This document shows positions 30,263 through 41,390 of a stretch of 64,000 nucleotides of DNA, in pieces; the stretch's first letter is position 1, and each line of letters starts with the position of its first letter. The translations under genes were made by a program, and so were the position numbers. Origin of the DNA: Bacteroidota bacterium (GTDB lineage: Bacteria > Bacteroidota > Ignavibacteria > UBA10030 > SZUA-254); the NCBI GenBank assembly GCA_049515655.1, contig JBEKTW010000015.1, positions 23,320 through 87,319 of the forward strand. The letters run 5' to 3'. The notes beneath the pieces are model-generated. The model searched no databases, was not told the DNA's origin, and saw nothing but the letters and a program-made list of their open reading frames with translations.

Positions 30263-31290
30263 CCGATTCTATGAGCACATTCGCAAATGAAGTGTGGGTG
30301 TTTGTCGAGCAACGCGACGGCAAACCGGCCGACGTAAGCTTCGAATTACTGAGCAAGGGTCACAAACTCGCCGCCAGCATGAACGGTTTGCTCAAATCCG
30401 TTGTGGTGGGAGACCGCGTCAAGGATATCGCGATTGAAACATTTCGTTTCGGCGCGGATGAAAGTCTGTTGATCGACCATCCCGATTTGAAGAACTACAA
30501 AACACTTCCTTACAGCCGCATCCTCATTGAGCTTGTGAGGAAATCTACTCCGCGAATAGTTCTCTTCGGAGCTTCCGTGATCGGAAGAGACCTGGCACCC
30601 CGCGTAGCGTCGAATACCCGGAGCGGGATGACCGCCGATTGTACCGACCTCCAGATTTCGGATGTCGACTATCTGCGCAGGAAGTATCAGAATTTACTGC
30701 TGCAGATTCGCCCGGCATTCGGCGGAAATATCATCGCGACCATCATTACGCCCGATAATCCGACGCAAATGGCAACGGTGCGCGAAGGGGTGATGGAAAT
30801 GCATCCGGTAGAGCGTCAACGCGAAATGAAAATAACCGAGATTCCGTATGTTCCGGTGGACAGCGATAAGTTGGTAACCATCATCGAGCAATACAGGGAA
30901 GAAAGCAAAGTGAATCTGAAAGCCGCTCCCATCATCGTTTCCGGCGGGTACGGCCTTGGCACCAAGCAGAATTTTCAGTTGATTCACGACCTTGCGCATG
31001 CGATTGGCGGAGAAGTTGCCGGGAGCCGCGCCGCCGTCGATGCGGGATTCGTTCCTCCCGAACGGCAGGTCGGGCAAACGGGCGTCACCGTACGGCCGAA
31101 ATTGTATATTGCCGTCGGCATTTCCGGCGCGATTCAGCATCGCGCGGGTATGCAGGAGGCAAAGAAAATCATTGCAATCAATAGCGACCCCGATGCCCCG
31201 ATTTTCCAGGTCAGCCACTACGGCATCGTCGGCGACGCAATGGATATTCTTCCCAAGTTCATCGAAGCGTACAAGAACAAACTAAAATAG
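30259..31290 (+). CDS. etfA: Electron transfer flavoprotein alpha subunit
   Basis: [29 protein letters not shown]; ATGA overlap with etfB. Confidence 0.94.
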   Translation: MTDSMSTFANEVWVFVEQRDGKPADVSFELLSKGHKLAASMNGLLKSVVVGDRVKDIAIETFRFGADESLLIDHPDLKNYKTLPYSRILIELVRKSTPRIVLFGASVIGRDLAPRVASNTRSGMTADCTDLQISDVDYLRRKYQNLLLQIRPAFGGNIIATIITPDNPTQMATVREGVMEMHPVERQREMKITEIPYVPVDSDKLVTIIEQYREESKVNLKAAPIIVSGGYGLGTKQNFQLIHDLAHAIGGEVAGSRAAVDAGFVPPERQVGQTGVTVRPKLYIAVGISGAIQHRAGMQEAKKIIAINSDPDAPIFQVSHYGIVGDAMDILPKFIEAYKNKLK

Positions 31291-31299
31291 CTAAAAACA

Positions 31300-33021
31300 A
31301 TGCCGAACTTTTTCACGGATAATCCCGATTTACAGTTTCATTTCAATAATCTCGACCTCCGGGAGATTGTGAAGATCACCGAGGAAGAATACGCGCAGGC
31401 AAAAGAATTTAACTACGCCCCGGTGAATTACGAAGATGCAATCGAGAATTACAGAAAGGTGCTCGAGGTCGTCGGCGATATTGCGGGAAACCACATCGCC
31501 CCCCGCGCGGCGCTTGTCGACGTGGAGGGAGCTACGTTTGACCGTGGAAAGGTAGAATACGCAAAGGGAACGCAGGAGAATCTTCGCGAATTGTCCTGCG
31601 CCGATTTGATGGGGATGGTCCTTCCACGAAAATACGGCGGGCTGAATTTCCCCTTCACAATTTACATGGCCGCCGTGGAAATTGTCTCCCGGGCGGATGC
31701 CTCTCTAATGAATATTTTCGGGCTGCAGGATATCGGTGACACCATTAAAAAATTCGGCGACGAAAACCAACGAATGAAATTCTTGCCGAAGATTTGCACG
31801 GGAGAACACACGGGGGCGATGGCGCTTACCGAGCCGGATGCCGGTTCCGACCTTCAGGCCGTGAAGCTCCATGCGTACCAGGACAGCAGCGGGAAATGGT
31901 TCCTGCGGGGCGTCAAGAGGTTCATCACGAATGGGAGCGGGCAGGTTCTGCTGGTCCTCGCGCGCTCCGAAGCGGGGTCGAAGGACGGACGCGGTCTAAG
32001 CATGTTCGTTTGCTACGGAGACGAGACCGTGAAAGTTCGCCGCATCGAGAACAAGCTGGGTATTCATGGCTCACCGACATGTGAATTGCAGTTCAATGAC
32101 ACTCCGGCACAGCTCATCGGCAGCAGAAAGTTCGGACTTATAAAATATACTCTTGATCTGATGTTTCGCGCGCGCGTAGGAGTCGCAGCTCAGGCGCTGG
32201 GAATTTCGCAGGCCGCCTATGAAGAGGCTTTGCAATATGCCCGGGAGAGAGAACAGTTCGGGAAACCGATCTACAATATCCCGGTCGTTTCCAACATGCT
32301 GATCGACATGAGGGTGATGCTGGAAAGCAACCGGTCCCTTTTTTACAGCGTTGCCCAATGGGTCGACCGGAAGGAAAAATCCGAAGAACTGGTGGAACAA
32401 TTGAAAGCCGAAGGGAAATCCTTCGCGGAAGCAAATACCCGATTGAAGCAGGAAACGAAGATCGCAAATTTGCTGACGCCGATGACGAAGTATGTACTGG
32501 CGGAATGCTCCAACAAGATCACGTATGACGCGTTGCAGATTCACGGCGGAACCGGATACATGAAGGAATTCAGAGTGGAACGCCTTGCCCGGGACGCCCG
32601 CATCACGAACATCTACGAGGGAACATCCCAGCTGCAGATCGTGGCGGCGTCCGGTAACGTCATCAACGACGTTCTGGCAGAGTACTTCGGAAAGAAGGAG
32701 CAAAAAGAATACAAGGGTGGTTTGACCAGACTGGCGAATCAGCTGAAGGAAATACGTCTCATCTTCAAAGAGTGTTTGAAGTACGTGCTGGAGAAGAAGG
32801 ACACGGATTTTCAGGATGTCGCGGCCAAGGATCTGGTGGAGCTGTACAGCTATCTCTATCTGGGCTACCTGCTTCTCGACGAAGCGGAAATCGAACCCGG
32901 AAAGGCCTTCATCGCCAACCGCTATATCCTGAACGCAGCCGCAAATGCAAGAAGGAACGCGGAATCCATAAAGAGCGGGTTGTTTTCCGACCTCCTCCAT
33001 GCGGACAAAATTTTGAAGTGA
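31300..33021 (+). CDS. Acyl-CoA dehydrogenase (Bacteroidota-type, extended termini)
   Basis: ALTEPDAGSD, KRFITNG, KLGIHGSPT, QIHGGTGY, IYEGT. Confidence 0.93.
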   Translation: MPNFFTDNPDLQFHFNNLDLREIVKITEEEYAQAKEFNYAPVNYEDAIENYRKVLEVVGDIAGNHIAPRAALVDVEGATFDRGKVEYAKGTQENLRELSCADLMGMVLPRKYGGLNFPFTIYMAAVEIVSRADASLMNIFGLQDIGDTIKKFGDENQRMKFLPKICTGEHTGAMALTEPDAGSDLQAVKLHAYQDSSGKWFLRGVKRFITNGSGQVLLVLARSEAGSKDGRGLSMFVCYGDETVKVRRIENKLGIHGSPTCELQFNDTPAQLIGSRKFGLIKYTLDLMFRARVGVAAQALGISQAAYEEALQYAREREQFGKPIYNIPVVSNMLIDMRVMLESNRSLFYSVAQWVDRKEKSEELVEQLKAEGKSFAEANTRLKQETKIANLLTPMTKYVLAECSNKITYDALQIHGGTGYMKEFRVERLARDARITNIYEGTSQLQIVAASGNVINDVLAEYFGKKEQKEYKGGLTRLANQLKEIRLIFKECLKYVLEKKDTDFQDVAAKDLVELYSYLYLGYLLLDEAEIEPGKAFIANRYILNAAANARRNAESIKSGLFSDLLHADKILK

Positions 33022-33045
33022 ACTCGCTATTTAACAACTTTAAGG

Positions 33046-33252
33046 ATGAAGAATATGTACTACTACCGCATTTATGACGACAAAGAGCAACTGAATTTCA
33101 TCAAGAGCTCGCTCGAACAGCAACGCGTCAGAAAACTGCTGAAAGAATATGAGGTCGTTCATCAGGAATACTTTAACACCGACTTTGTGAAATTCCTGAA
33201 AGAACATGACCCCGATGCGGAATTGATCGAGGTGATCAATATCTCTTATTGA
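33046..33252 (+). CDS. Small hypothetical protein (68 aa)
   Basis: Clean ORF directly after the ACAD gene with protein-like composition. Confidence 0.6.
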   Translation: MKNMYYYRIYDDKEQLNFIKSSLEQQRVRKLLKEYEVVHQEYFNTDFVKFLKEHDPDAELIEVINISY

Positions 33253-33481
33253 TGACATTCAGGTACTGCAGAAAATGAGATTGGTAGCGCAAGATTCTGG
33301 GTGAGCCATGATGCATGGCTCAAGTCGAACAATAAATCCGTTGTGTATGCACGAATAATTGATTTCATGCACTAACAGGATCCGAAAATCGTGTCGGGTT
33401 AGTTTCAATTGCAAATCGATAACACAGATTTTGTTGACTCTGATGTATTTAGGCGTAGAGGACGATGAATCGAAGAATGAT

Positions 33482-34333
33482 ATGAGAATACTCAACGGTT
33501 TATCAATGTGTCTGGTTTGTATTGTGTTTCTTTCGGATTGTTCTGTATGCCGAGATGATTCCGCGATGGTGGCAAAACTGAGGTCGAAGTTGAAACATAA
33601 ATTCATATTGGACTTTCTGATAGAAAGGAAGCCTGAAGTAAAATACCGCTTTGAAGATCGTCTGATGGAAATGGCAATGGACTCCAGCAGCTTTGAAATT
33701 ATTGATAACCCGATAAATCTTAATGTGGCTCATCCCTTAGAAGCTTTTTCGTATTATGAGGATTACGTGATCTACCGGGTCCCGTCATTCAATGGTCGGG
33801 AACAGTATTATCTGTTAGTTCTTGGTATGCTACATCCTAATGAACTCTACCTTCTTGCTGACGATACAACTCGCGCCATTCTATTGGACACGCTCGATGT
33901 ACACACAGCGGGAGGATCATACATGGATTTCTTGACACTGAATGGCAAGAATGTTCTGAAGCTCTCCCGAATTGCTCCTGGCGTAGGCTTTTATTTTGAG
34001 CAAGAGGCAATCGCCGGACTTATTGATAGAAGATTCAAAATTCTGTTTTCCATCAAGACTCTCGAAGCCACCAATTGGACGATGGATGATAAAGACAGCA
34101 CCGAACGTGATAAATTCTTTCGCACAATGAGCAGCTACAAATTTGTCGATCTGAACGGCGACGGCTTTCTCGATATCGTGGAAGAGACAACGGAGGATAT
34201 CATTCTTCCCGATGAGAGTGAAAATTCTATGGGCGATGATTATCGAAAAGGGAAGGTCGTTTCTAACGTCTCGAAGAGCGAGAACCAATTTCTCTGGAAC
34301 GACATAACCTATACTTTTGACAAGGTCAAATGA
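33482..34333 (+). CDS. Hypothetical exported protein with DxNxDG Ca-binding-like motif; low GC
   Basis: N-terminal hydrophobic Cys-rich signal, DLNGDGFLDIV; visibly more AT-rich than flanks. Confidence 0.6.
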   Translation: MRILNGLSMCLVCIVFLSDCSVCRDDSAMVAKLRSKLKHKFILDFLIERKPEVKYRFEDRLMEMAMDSSSFEIIDNPINLNVAHPLEAFSYYEDYVIYRVPSFNGREQYYLLVLGMLHPNELYLLADDTTRAILLDTLDVHTAGGSYMDFLTLNGKNVLKLSRIAPGVGFYFEQEAIAGLIDRRFKILFSIKTLEATNWTMDDKDSTERDKFFRTMSSYKFVDLNGDGFLDIVEETTEDIILPDESENSMGDDYRKGKVVSNVSKSENQFLWNDITYTFDKVK

Positions 34334-34482
34334 GCCCGGATGTAGCAAATTTGCACTTATGGACCAACGGCACCGATTGCCTGCTTGGATTGCTCGGTGC
34401 GGCATTATGTGTTTAAGGATCATGATCCTGCTCGCAGGGAGGATGGTCGTTTACGTAAGCAGTACCACATTGTAGAAAATCA

Positions 34483-35979
34483 ATGAAACGTATTTTTCCG
34501 AGTTCTTTTTATAATCTAGTTACGCTGATCGGATCCGTCGTCGCGGCGGTCAGTTTCGGGCTCATCGTCTTCCTGATGCTGCTTGAGGCGGTGGCGACAC
34601 AGCCCAAGCCGTACATGGGGATCATCGCGTTTGTTATTCTCCCGGTGTTCGTCGTGATCGGAATCATCCTCGTCATCATCGGAATCTTGCGCGAACATCG
34701 GAGAGAACGGCTGGGGAAGCCGCACGGGTTCCACATGCCGCAGATCGACTTCGACAACCCCCGGCATCGAACCGCATTCTTGTTTTTTTCCATCGGGGCG
34801 CTCATTCTTCTGGCATTCTCCGCCTTCAGCAGTTTCCAGGCATATGAACACACCGATTCCGACCAGTTCTGCGGGGAGACGTGTCACAAGGTGATGGAGC
34901 CCGAATATACGGCATACCAGTTTTCTCCGCACGCCCGGGTGGGCTGCGTGAAGTGCCACATCGGTCCCGGAGCAGGATGGTTCATTCGATCCAAACTTTC
35001 CGGGACATACCAGGTCTACGCGGTAACTTTCAACAAGTACCCGAAGCCAATTCCGACCCCGATCGAGAATCTGCGCCCGGCGCAGGAGACTTGCGAACAA
35101 TGCCACTGGCCCAAGCAGTTTTTCAGCGAGAAGCAGCATGTCAACACGTACTTTCTCTCGGACGAGCGTAATACGAAATGGACGCTGAATCTCCTGATGA
35201 AAATCGGAGGCGGAAACGTGGAAGCGGGCCCGACGTCAGGCATCCACTGGCACATGAATATCAACAATGAGGTCACGTACATTCCGCTGGATGCGCAGCG
35301 GCAGATCATCCCGTGGGTGCGATCAAAACGCCCCGATGGATCTGTATCTATCTACCGCAGCACAGAGATGACGGTTTCCGACGACTCGCTGGCTAAAGCC
35401 CCCCATCGCCGGATGGACTGTATCGACTGCCATAACAGGCCCACGCACATTTATCATCCGCCCGCGCGATCTGTTGACCACGTCATGGCATTGGGCTGGA
35501 TCGATCCCGCTATCCCCTCGGTCAAGAGTGTTTCCGTGAAAGCGCTGGAGTATCCGTACAGCACAAAGCAGACCGGACTGGACAGCATCAGGATGTCGAT
35601 CGAAGAGTACTACAGAAACAACTATCCCAATGTCGCATCTTCAAAAAAGAACGAGATCGATCGGACAATTACCGAAGTTCAAAGAATTTACACCAGGAAC
35701 TATTTCCCGGAGATGATGGTGAGCTGGCGAAAATTTCCGGACAATCTTGGCCATCTCTACTACCAGGGTTGTTTCCGCTGCCACGACGGCAAGCATGTGA
35801 GTGAAGACGGAAAAGTCTTGTCGCGGGATTGCAACACGTGTCATACGATTCTGGCCCAGCAATTTGAGAATGATACGCTCCGTTTGTCCCTGGGGGGAAT
35901 CGAGTACAAGCATCCCGTCGATATCGGGAATGCATGGAAGGAAATGAACTGCAGTGATTGCCACTTTAATAACCAATGA
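34483..35979 (+). CDS. NapC/NirT-family heptaheme quinol dehydrogenase (ImcH-like)
   Basis: 3 TM helices; CGETCH, CVKCH, CEQCH, CIDCH, CFRCH, CNTCH, CSDCH; GIHWH. Confidence 0.88.
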   Translation: MKRIFPSSFYNLVTLIGSVVAAVSFGLIVFLMLLEAVATQPKPYMGIIAFVILPVFVVIGIILVIIGILREHRRERLGKPHGFHMPQIDFDNPRHRTAFLFFSIGALILLAFSAFSSFQAYEHTDSDQFCGETCHKVMEPEYTAYQFSPHARVGCVKCHIGPGAGWFIRSKLSGTYQVYAVTFNKYPKPIPTPIENLRPAQETCEQCHWPKQFFSEKQHVNTYFLSDERNTKWTLNLLMKIGGGNVEAGPTSGIHWHMNINNEVTYIPLDAQRQIIPWVRSKRPDGSVSIYRSTEMTVSDDSLAKAPHRRMDCIDCHNRPTHIYHPPARSVDHVMALGWIDPAIPSVKSVSVKALEYPYSTKQTGLDSIRMSIEEYYRNNYPNVASSKKNEIDRTITEVQRIYTRNYFPEMMVSWRKFPDNLGHLYYQGCFRCHDGKHVSEDGKVLSRDCNTCHTILAQQFENDTLRLSLGGIEYKHPVDIGNAWKEMNCSDCHFNNQ

Positions 35980-35991
35980 TAGAACAAAGGA

Positions 35992-36447
35992 ATGAATGAG
36001 CAGCCTCTAAACCCGACTCAACAAAGCAAGCGGGATTTCCTCAAGTACGTTCTCACCGGAGGATTGCTCGCCTGGGCGGCATCCATCCTGTATCCGATAT
36101 TCGCGTATCTCAAGCCGCCGAAGCAAAGCGAGGTTGAGGTAAGCAGCGTGAAGGCGGGGAAGTTGAGCGAGATTGAGAAGGATAGCGGAAAAATCGTCAA
36201 ATTTGGCACGAAACCGGTGATTCTCATCCGTTCGGCAGACGGGAACCTGAGAGCATTCTCGGCGACCTGCACGCACCTCGATTGCACGGTACAGTACCGG
36301 AAGGATTACGGACTGATCTGGTGTGCGTGCCACAACGGTAAGTACGACCTCAACGGCCGCAACGTGTCCGGTCCGCCGCCGCGTCCTCTGGACGAATATA
36401 GAGTCATTGTTCAAGGAGAGGAGGTCTCAATCTCGAAGAAATCATGA
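35992..36447 (+). CDS. Rieske [2Fe-2S] subunit of a Rieske/cytochrome b complex
   Basis: CTHLDC and CACHNG boxes, GPPPRPL, Tat-like SKRDFLK. Confidence 0.92.
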   Translation: MNEQPLNPTQQSKRDFLKYVLTGGLLAWAASILYPIFAYLKPPKQSEVEVSSVKAGKLSEIEKDSGKIVKFGTKPVILIRSADGNLRAFSATCTHLDCTVQYRKDYGLIWCACHNGKYDLNGRNVSGPPPRPLDEYRVIVQGEEVSISKKS

Positions 36448-37523
36448 TACTGCGATTGAAAAAAATATACTCGTGGATCGACGAACGGGTGCAGCTCGAA
36501 GACGTGGTCAATTTTATGGGCAAGAAATATGTGCCCCTCCACAGCCATTCGATCTGGTACTACTTCGGCGGTGTGTCGCTCTTTCTGTTCATCATCCAGG
36601 TTGTCACCGGCATTCTTCTTCTGCTCTACTACAAGAGTGGTGAGGAGTTCGCGTTTGAGAGCATTCAGTTCATCATGTCGAAAGTCGAATTCGGCTGGCT
36701 CATACGTTCCATTCACAGTTGGACCGCGAACCTGTTCATCCTGGCGGCGATGGTTCATATGTTCAGCGTGTATTTCGGGAAAGCCTACCGCAAACCCCGA
36801 GAGGTGACATGGCTAACGGGCATGCTGATGTTCTTTCTCGCGCTGGGCTTCGGTTTCAGCGGGTACCTTCTGCCCTGGAACGAACTCGCATTCTTCGCGA
36901 CGAAAGTCGGCACGGACATCGCCGGTGTGGTTCCCCTCGTCGGCAAACCGATGATGATATTTCTCAGAGGCGGGGAAGAAGTCACGGGCGCGACCCTCTC
37001 CCGCTTCTTTGGTTTTCATGTGGCGGTCTTGCCCGGGTTATTTACCGTGCTCCTTGGAATCCATCTTCTTCTTGTGCAGCGCCAGGGTATGAGCGAGCCA
37101 ATTGAAACCGAGCCTGGAGCGGGTGTCGAACGAAGGACAATGCCGTTCTTTCCGAATTTTCTGCTGAGAGACCTGTTGCTCTGGCTTATCGTCCTGAATC
37201 TGCTCGCGATACTTGCGGTCTTTTTCCCTTGGGAATTGGGAAGGAAAGCCGACCCGTTTGCACCGGCGCCGGCAGGTATCCGGCCCGAGTGGTATTTCCT
37301 GTTCATGTTCCAAACGCTGAAGTTCATTCCGGCAAAAATGCTGTTCCTCGACGGAGAGGTGCTTGGCATAGGCCTCTTCGGTCTGGGGGGACTCTTGTGG
37401 CTACTGGTTCCCTTCTGGGATAGAAAAAGCTCTCGGGGTGAACAGAATCGCTTCATCAATTACATCGGACTGTTCATCGTTCTGTACATTATGATCTTCA
37501 CAGTACTGGGGTGGATCTTATGA
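36444..37523 (+). CDS. Cytochrome b of a Rieske/cytochrome b complex (b6-like, fused to subunit IV)
   Basis: Four His ligands, SGYLLPW, PEWY Qo motif. Confidence 0.93.
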   Translation: MILRLKKIYSWIDERVQLEDVVNFMGKKYVPLHSHSIWYYFGGVSLFLFIIQVVTGILLLLYYKSGEEFAFESIQFIMSKVEFGWLIRSIHSWTANLFILAAMVHMFSVYFGKAYRKPREVTWLTGMLMFFLALGFGFSGYLLPWNELAFFATKVGTDIAGVVPLVGKPMMIFLRGGEEVTGATLSRFFGFHVAVLPGLFTVLLGIHLLLVQRQGMSEPIETEPGAGVERRTMPFFPNFLLRDLLLWLIVLNLLAILAVFFPWELGRKADPFAPAPAGIRPEWYFLFMFQTLKFIPAKMLFLDGEVLGIGLFGLGGLLWLLVPFWDRKSSRGEQNRFINYIGLFIVLYIMIFTVLGWIL

Positions 37524-38998
37524 GCCGGAAAATTTCATGCGCGATAGCAGTCATCACCTCCGTACTCCTCGGGAGTAATCCCGCAGTTGCAGGAGACCAG
37601 TGTGTCACATGTCACGAGACCCTGGGTGACAAACCGTCGGAGCTGTTCAAACACGATGTGCATGCTGCGAAAGGAATCTCCTGTGCTGGATGTCACGGGG
37701 GAAATGCGAAGGCGGAAGAGATGGAGCAAGCGATGGATAAAAGCGCCGGGTTTATCGGCGTGCCGAAGGGGGATGATATCTCCAGGGCCTGCGCGAGCTG
37801 CCATTCGAATGCCGAAAAGATGAAAGCATTGGGGTCATCGCTTCCGACCAACCAGTGGGAAATGCTGCAGGCAAGCGTTCACGGGAAGCTTGCCGTCTCC
37901 GGCAAAGAGCATATTGCACAATGTATCACATGCCATAACGCCCACGGCATCGTTTCGGTGAAGAACCCTGAATCCCCGGTGTATCCGCTAAACGTCGTAA
38001 TAACCTGCACGAAATGTCATGCGGATGCGGCGTTCATGCGATCGTACAATCCATCGCTGCCGATCGACCAACTGGAAAAATACCGGACGAGCGTGCATGG
38101 CGTTCGAAACGCCGGAGGTGATGCCAAACCCGCGGAGTGTGCAAGTTGCCACGGCAGCCACGACATTCGGTCGGCGAAAGACGCGAAGTCACGCGTCTAT
38201 GCGGTCAACCTTCCATCAACCTGTGCCTCCTGCCACAGCAATGCAGAGTACATGAAGGAATACAAAATACCGACAGATCAATTTGAGAAATTCTCAAGAA
38301 GCGTACACGGCATCGCATTGCTTCAGAAGCATGACCTCGGCGCTCCAGCGTGCAATTCGTGCCACGGCAACCATGGGGCCACGCCGCCGGGCGTGGAGTC
38401 GGTGTCGAAAGTCTGCGGGACATGTCATGCGCTCAATGCGGACCTCTTCTCATCGAGCCCGCACAAGAAAGCGTTCGATGAGAAGCATCTTCCCGAATGT
38501 GAAACGTGTCACAGCAGTCATGAGATCGTTGCAGCGACGAGTAAGCTCCTCGGTGTCACGCCCGATGCGGTGTGCAGCCGGTGCCACCATGAGAATGAGA
38601 CTGGAAAGGGATTTGTTGTCGCACGAACGATGCGATTGTTGACCGACAGCCTTGAATCATCGGAGATTCGCGCTGCGTCGCTTCTTGACGAGGCCGAACA
38701 AAAGGGAATGGAAGTTTCCGAAGCCAAGTTCAAGCTCCGCGATGCGCACCAGGCGCGGCTGCAGTCACGAACAATGGTGCATTCATTTGATGAGGGTAAG
38801 TTCCGTGACGTCATTTCAAAGGGGTTGACGGTGGCATCGTCGGTCGGGAGTGAAGGACAGCATGCGGTCGACGAGTATTATTTCCGGAGATGGGGCCTCG
38901 GCATTGCGACGCTGATCATTACAATCGTCGGCGTATCATTATACCTCACCATTAAGAGAATTGAAGCTAGACAACGCGCGAAGAAATCACTGTCATGA
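37520..38998 (+). CDS. 11-heme cytochrome c with C-terminal TM anchor
   Basis: Signal peptide, 11 CxxCH, C-terminal TM; ATGA overlap with cytochrome b. Confidence 0.9.
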   Translation: MSRKISCAIAVITSVLLGSNPAVAGDQCVTCHETLGDKPSELFKHDVHAAKGISCAGCHGGNAKAEEMEQAMDKSAGFIGVPKGDDISRACASCHSNAEKMKALGSSLPTNQWEMLQASVHGKLAVSGKEHIAQCITCHNAHGIVSVKNPESPVYPLNVVITCTKCHADAAFMRSYNPSLPIDQLEKYRTSVHGVRNAGGDAKPAECASCHGSHDIRSAKDAKSRVYAVNLPSTCASCHSNAEYMKEYKIPTDQFEKFSRSVHGIALLQKHDLGAPACNSCHGNHGATPPGVESVSKVCGTCHALNADLFSSSPHKKAFDEKHLPECETCHSSHEIVAATSKLLGVTPDAVCSRCHHENETGKGFVVARTMRLLTDSLESSEIRAASLLDEAEQKGMEVSEAKFKLRDAHQARLQSRTMVHSFDEGKFRDVISKGLTVASSVGSEGQHAVDEYYFRRWGLGIATLIITIVGVSLYLTIKRIEARQRAKKSLS

Positions 38999-39010
38999 AA
39001 GAGTGAGTGT

Positions 39011-41269
39011 ATGAATGTGGGACAAGTAAGCGTATGGGTTGCGTTCCTGGCCGCTGGGGCGAACGCGTATTTCTTTTACAGGGATGGGAGGAATAGTTCT
39101 CGATCGAGGCAGGCGATCTCCACCGGTATCGCCAAAACCGCGTCGCATCGTCTTTACTGGATTATGCTTCTAGCCGGTGCTGCGGCGTCGGGAATCCTCA
39201 TCGAGTTGCTGCTCACCCATCAATTTCAGTATTCCTACGTTGCTCACTATAGCTCGCGGTCGCTTCCCCTTTTCTACCTCATCTCTGCATTTTGGGCAGG
39301 CCAGGAAGGGACATTCCTTCTCTGGGCGTTGATGGTCTCGGTGATGGGATGGGTGTTTATAAAGACTTCGGAGAACGAAGACGGCTTTGCAATGTCGGTG
39401 GTGAGCGGGTATTGTGCCTTTCTCTACCTGTTGTTGATTGTAAAAAGTCCGTTTGAGATGACATCAACAATTCCGGAAGACGGCGCGGGTCTTAATCCAC
39501 TGCTGCAAAATCCTTGGATGGTCGTTCATCCTCCAATATTGTTCATGGGATATGCCGCAACGGTGTTCCCGTTTGCGCTCGTTGTCTCTGCTCTTGCCCG
39601 ACGTAACACCGGACACTGGTTTGAATCGGGCTTCGTATGGTCGATCTTTGCGACGCTCACACTGGGCGCCGGAATCATCATCGGCGGGTTTTGGGCGTAC
39701 GAAGTGTTGGGCTGGGGCGGATACTGGGGATGGGACCCGGTGGAAAACTCCTCGCTGGTTCCGTGGTTGGTACTGCTGGCATTGATTCATGGCTTCCTCG
39801 TGCAGAGGGCCAGAGGCTCGCTGGTGCGGACGAATATGTTCCTTGCCATTTTTGCGTTTCTGCTTGTGCTTTACGCGACATTCCTGACACGCAGCGGTAT
39901 ACTGGCTGATTTCTCCGTCCATTCGTTCGTCGACCTCGGCATCAGCAACTACCTCATCGGTGTGATGGTCGTCGGCGCCGCCCTGGGCTTGGGATGGTTC
40001 GCAGTTCGGTTCAGAGACTTCACGTCCCCCAGGATTCCACTCTCAGGACTCAATAGGGAGATTACGTTGTTACTCGGTTTGTGGGTGCTAGTTCTGGGCG
40101 CTCTCTTCACGTTCGTCGGAATGTCTTCGCCGATTCTCACCGGGCTTTTCGGGAAAGCATCGCAGGTGGACACCTCCTTTTATAACAAGGTCAATCTCCC
40201 GGTCGCGATCGGCATCGCGTTGTTGCTTGGCGTCACCCCGTTTCTTGGGTGGACGGAAGAGAACAAGTGGGGGTTCGCCAAACGGCTTTCCATGCCGCTC
40301 TCGTTGACTGTTCTCACGTGTGTCATCGCATATGTCGCGGGAGTGACGACGGCCGCACTGCTCGCGTTCGTCGGGTCGGCATCCTTCGGGCTCATAAGCA
40401 ATGTTGTGATTGCCTTCCGGAAATATCGGTCGGGTTGGTTGACGCTGGGTGGCCCGATCACCCATATCGGTACAGGTCTGCTCCTCATCGGAATCATCGG
40501 CTCCGGGAGCTTTGACGAGACCAGACAAACGGTTTTGCGGCTCAATGAACCCCAGACTATTTTCGGCTACCAGTGCACGTTCAAAGGATCGGCACTATCT
40601 TCCGACCAGAGAACACAAATACAGATTGAAGTGTCGGATGGAAGGAATACGTACGCTGCAAATCCGAAGTTGTTTTTCAGTACCTATAATCAGTCGATGC
40701 TTCGCGAGCCCGATATCAAGATATTTCCGATGAAGGATTTATATATCTCTCCGATTGAATTACGATCGTCGCAGGTCGAAAGTCCCCACATAACCCTGGA
40801 GATCACAAAGGGCGAGAAGAAGACCGTTGGGGGATACCAGATAGAATTCGTTCGATTTGAAACAGGCCAACACAGTCAACCGGGAAATATGTCCGTCGGG
40901 GCTGTTCTGAACGTGAGCCTTCAGGGCGAAACCCATGAAGTCACTCCGACCATGACGATCAATGAACAAGGAGAGCGCAATCTCATTCCGGCAGATTTGC
41001 CTGCCGTCCCCAACATGGGGCAGGGCTCGGCCAAACCGCAGGTTGCGCTGACGGGCATGAGCGTGGAACAGAAAAAAGTAATGCTTGAACTTCTCGGCTT
41101 TGATGAGCACGCCGGCGCCCTTGCAGTTCAAGAGCTCGTGGTTGAAATCAGCACCAAACCGCTGATGATGGTTGTTTGGACTGGCGTAATGCTCATCATT
41201 GCCGGAACCGCCATTGCACTGAAACGCAGGCTGACGAAGAATACGTTGTCGCAGGACCCTACCCGATGA
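39011..41269 (+). CDS. ccmF: Cytochrome c maturation heme lyase CcmF
   Basis: WAGQEG, GLNPLLQ..HPP, WGGYWGWDPVEN, TRSG..SVHSF. Confidence 0.93.
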   Translation: MNVGQVSVWVAFLAAGANAYFFYRDGRNSSRSRQAISTGIAKTASHRLYWIMLLAGAAASGILIELLLTHQFQYSYVAHYSSRSLPLFYLISAFWAGQEGTFLLWALMVSVMGWVFIKTSENEDGFAMSVVSGYCAFLYLLLIVKSPFEMTSTIPEDGAGLNPLLQNPWMVVHPPILFMGYAATVFPFALVVSALARRNTGHWFESGFVWSIFATLTLGAGIIIGGFWAYEVLGWGGYWGWDPVENSSLVPWLVLLALIHGFLVQRARGSLVRTNMFLAIFAFLLVLYATFLTRSGILADFSVHSFVDLGISNYLIGVMVVGAALGLGWFAVRFRDFTSPRIPLSGLNREITLLLGLWVLVLGALFTFVGMSSPILTGLFGKASQVDTSFYNKVNLPVAIGIALLLGVTPFLGWTEENKWGFAKRLSMPLSLTVLTCVIAYVAGVTTAALLAFVGSASFGLISNVVIAFRKYRSGWLTLGGPITHIGTGLLLIGIIGSGSFDETRQTVLRLNEPQTIFGYQCTFKGSALSSDQRTQIQIEVSDGRNTYAANPKLFFSTYNQSMLREPDIKIFPMKDLYISPIELRSSQVESPHITLEITKGEKKTVGGYQIEFVRFETGQHSQPGNMSVGAVLNVSLQGETHEVTPTMTINEQGERNLIPADLPAVPNMGQGSAKPQVALTGMSVEQKKVMLELLGFDEHAGALAVQELVVEISTKPLMMVVWTGVMLIIAGTAIALKRRLTKNTLSQDPTR

Positions 41270-41390
41270 GGTGGGCGACTCTCGCTGTATATCGACCACG
41301 GAAGTTTACTGATATTTATCGTGTGGAAGAGAGCGGCCATGCGCAATGTGATTCATAGGATATTCGTTGTGTCGGTTCTGTATGCGGTCG

